Source: an uncultured Holophagales bacterium
Lineage (GTDB): Bacteria; Acidobacteriota; Thermoanaerobaculia; Multivoradales; UBA5704
Direction of reading: 5' to 3'
DNA length: 64,000 nucleotides
Assembly: GCA_963842525.1 (NCBI GenBank)
Contig: CAWJGT010000001.1
Span: 192,001-256,000, forward strand
Shown one piece after another: positions 62,831 through 64,000 of the stretch. A program made the position numbers and the translations under genes. Under the pieces are notes generated by a model, which searched no databases, had not been told where the DNA came from, and was given only the letters and a program-made list of their open reading frames with translations. Position 1 is the stretch's first letter, and each line of letters begins with the position of its first letter.

Positions 62831-64000
62831 TTAGGGGACGTCCAGCACTGTCCCGTTCCACCGCTCCCGCGCCAGGTCTTCGACGATCACGGCGAGCTGC
62901 CGGGCTCCCTGGGGAAGGGAGATGGCGGCGGTGTGGCTCCAGCCCTTCTCCGGCGCCGCGATGCCGGGGAGCGGCTCGTGGCGGATCTGGAGGGTGCCGT
63001 CGGCGCCGACGAACGCGAGGGAAAGGCGGACGGCGGCGGGATGGGCCGGGCTGGAGGCCTGGAAGGGCGCGATGTCGAGCTGCAGTCGGGTGGGATCTCC
63101 GGGCGTCCCGGCCGCAAGGTCCGTCCGCAGCGGCAGGGTGCGGTCCAGGGAGGCGTCGTCCAGCAGGCGGCGGAGCCGCGCCTCGGCGACCTCCGCGGGC
63201 GTCGACGAGCGCTGCCACTGGCGCGCCCGCAGCCGCTGTCCCGAGCGCAGTTGCGCCTGCACCGCGTGCAGCCGGCCGTCGCGCGGATCGGGCGCCTGGA
63301 ACCAGAGGTGCCAACGCCCGGCCAGGCTGTCGAGAGTGGAGTCGAGCTGCGCCTCGAAGGCGACGAGCTCGCCGGCCGTCACGTTCACCAGCGCCCGCAG
63401 CGGCGAGAGGTCGGGCTGGATCTTGGTCTGGACGATCCCTTCCCAGCGCAGCTCGGTGTCCCGCGGTTTTTTCGGGGCCATGACCGGCGGCACCGAGCCG
63501 GAGCTTCCGAGCGTATCGCCGCCGCCGTGGTTGACGCGGAACCGGTCGACGTCCTCGGGCGCGTTGTCGTGCTTGCCCAGCTCCTCCGGCTCGCGGAAGG
63601 GCATCGGCACGGTCACCCAGCCGTAGGCAGCGAGCAGGCGGGCGGCGTCCATGATGATCGCGGCGCGCTCGGGAGCCTCGGCGGTGTTGGCGGCAGGGGC
63701 GGAGCCGGCTTCCAGCCGCTTCAGCTCCTGCGGCGAGACCTGGAAGCCGTCCGCGATCAGGAAGAGGAGGCGCGGCCCGGCCTGCGGCGCGGCCAGCCGC
63801 GTGACGAGCCGGTCGCACTGCCGGCGGAGGGTGGCGGCGTCCGGCCGGGAGGACGCTCCCGCCCCTGTGGTGGGACGCCCTCCGGGAGAAGGAGAAGGGC
63901 GGTCCCGCTGCCGGCCGGCGCGGGCCACGAGGTCGGCCAGCGCCTGCTCCACCCGGCGCGGCTCGCGGTTCGCCGCCAGGAAAACCTGCGGCTCGGGATC
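62831..64000 (-). CDS. Hypothetical protein, possibly VWA-related (5' end outside window)
   Basis: Frame open to the window end; LFLIADGF; C-terminal LAVIVEDL beta domain. Confidence 0.7.
   Translation of the reverse strand, partial: DPEPQVFLAANREPRRVEQALADLVARAGRQRDRPSPSPGGRPTTGAGASSRPDAATLRRQCDRLVTRLAAPQAGPRLLFLIADGFQVSPQELKRLEAGSAPAANTAEAPERAAIIMDAARLLAAYGWVTVPMPFREPEELGKHDNAPEDVDRFRVNHGGGDTLGSSGSVPPVMAPKKPRDTELRWEGIVQTKIQPDLSPLRALVNVTAGELVAFEAQLDSTLDSLAGRWHLWFQAPDPRDGRLHAVQAQLRSGQRLRARQWQRSSTPAEVAEARLRRLLDDASLDRTLPLRTDLAAGTPGDPTRLQLDIAPFQASSPAHPAAVRLSLAFVGADGTLQIRHEPLPGIAAPEKGWSHTAAISLPQGARQLAVIVEDLARERWNGTVLDVP

Overview
High-GC bacterial chromosomal window. The gene style suggests Acidobacteriota/Thermoanaerobaculia, but this is inference only. 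Many single-base frameshifts in otherwise intact genes point to long-read consensus errors, so pseudogene calls need caution. The core backbone comprises a sodium:solute symporter, a DAGK-family kinase, a lysine-catabolic pair (ALDH7/Pcd plus a saccharopine dehydrogenase family gene), a GAF-GGDEF cyclase, a MoxR-DUF58-BatABCDE operon, rsmA, ftsK, ctpA, tatA/tatC, kdsB-pyrG-kdsA-kdsD-kdsC-lpxL flanked by two sulfatase-superfamily genes, TonB receptors and an ECF/FecR pair. Five accessory signals stand out. (1) A chorismate mutase-cmoA-LmtA/ICMT-like operon with no cmoB in the window, suggesting carboxy-SAM is used on a membrane substrate such as lipid A. (2) A 5.4 kb island at the ALDH 3' end, bounded by ALDH duplications and holding three co-oriented attC-like sites with no integrase. 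(3) A palindromic repeat family inserted at translationally coupled gene junctions, in one case forming an ATGA-to-ATGA bridge ORF between kdsA and kdsD. (4) An HTH / Zn-finger-TPR / secreted DPNG-peptide locus. (5) Three palindromic minisatellites with 19, about 21 and 62 bp periods. All family assignments come from motif recognition by eye; no searches were run.
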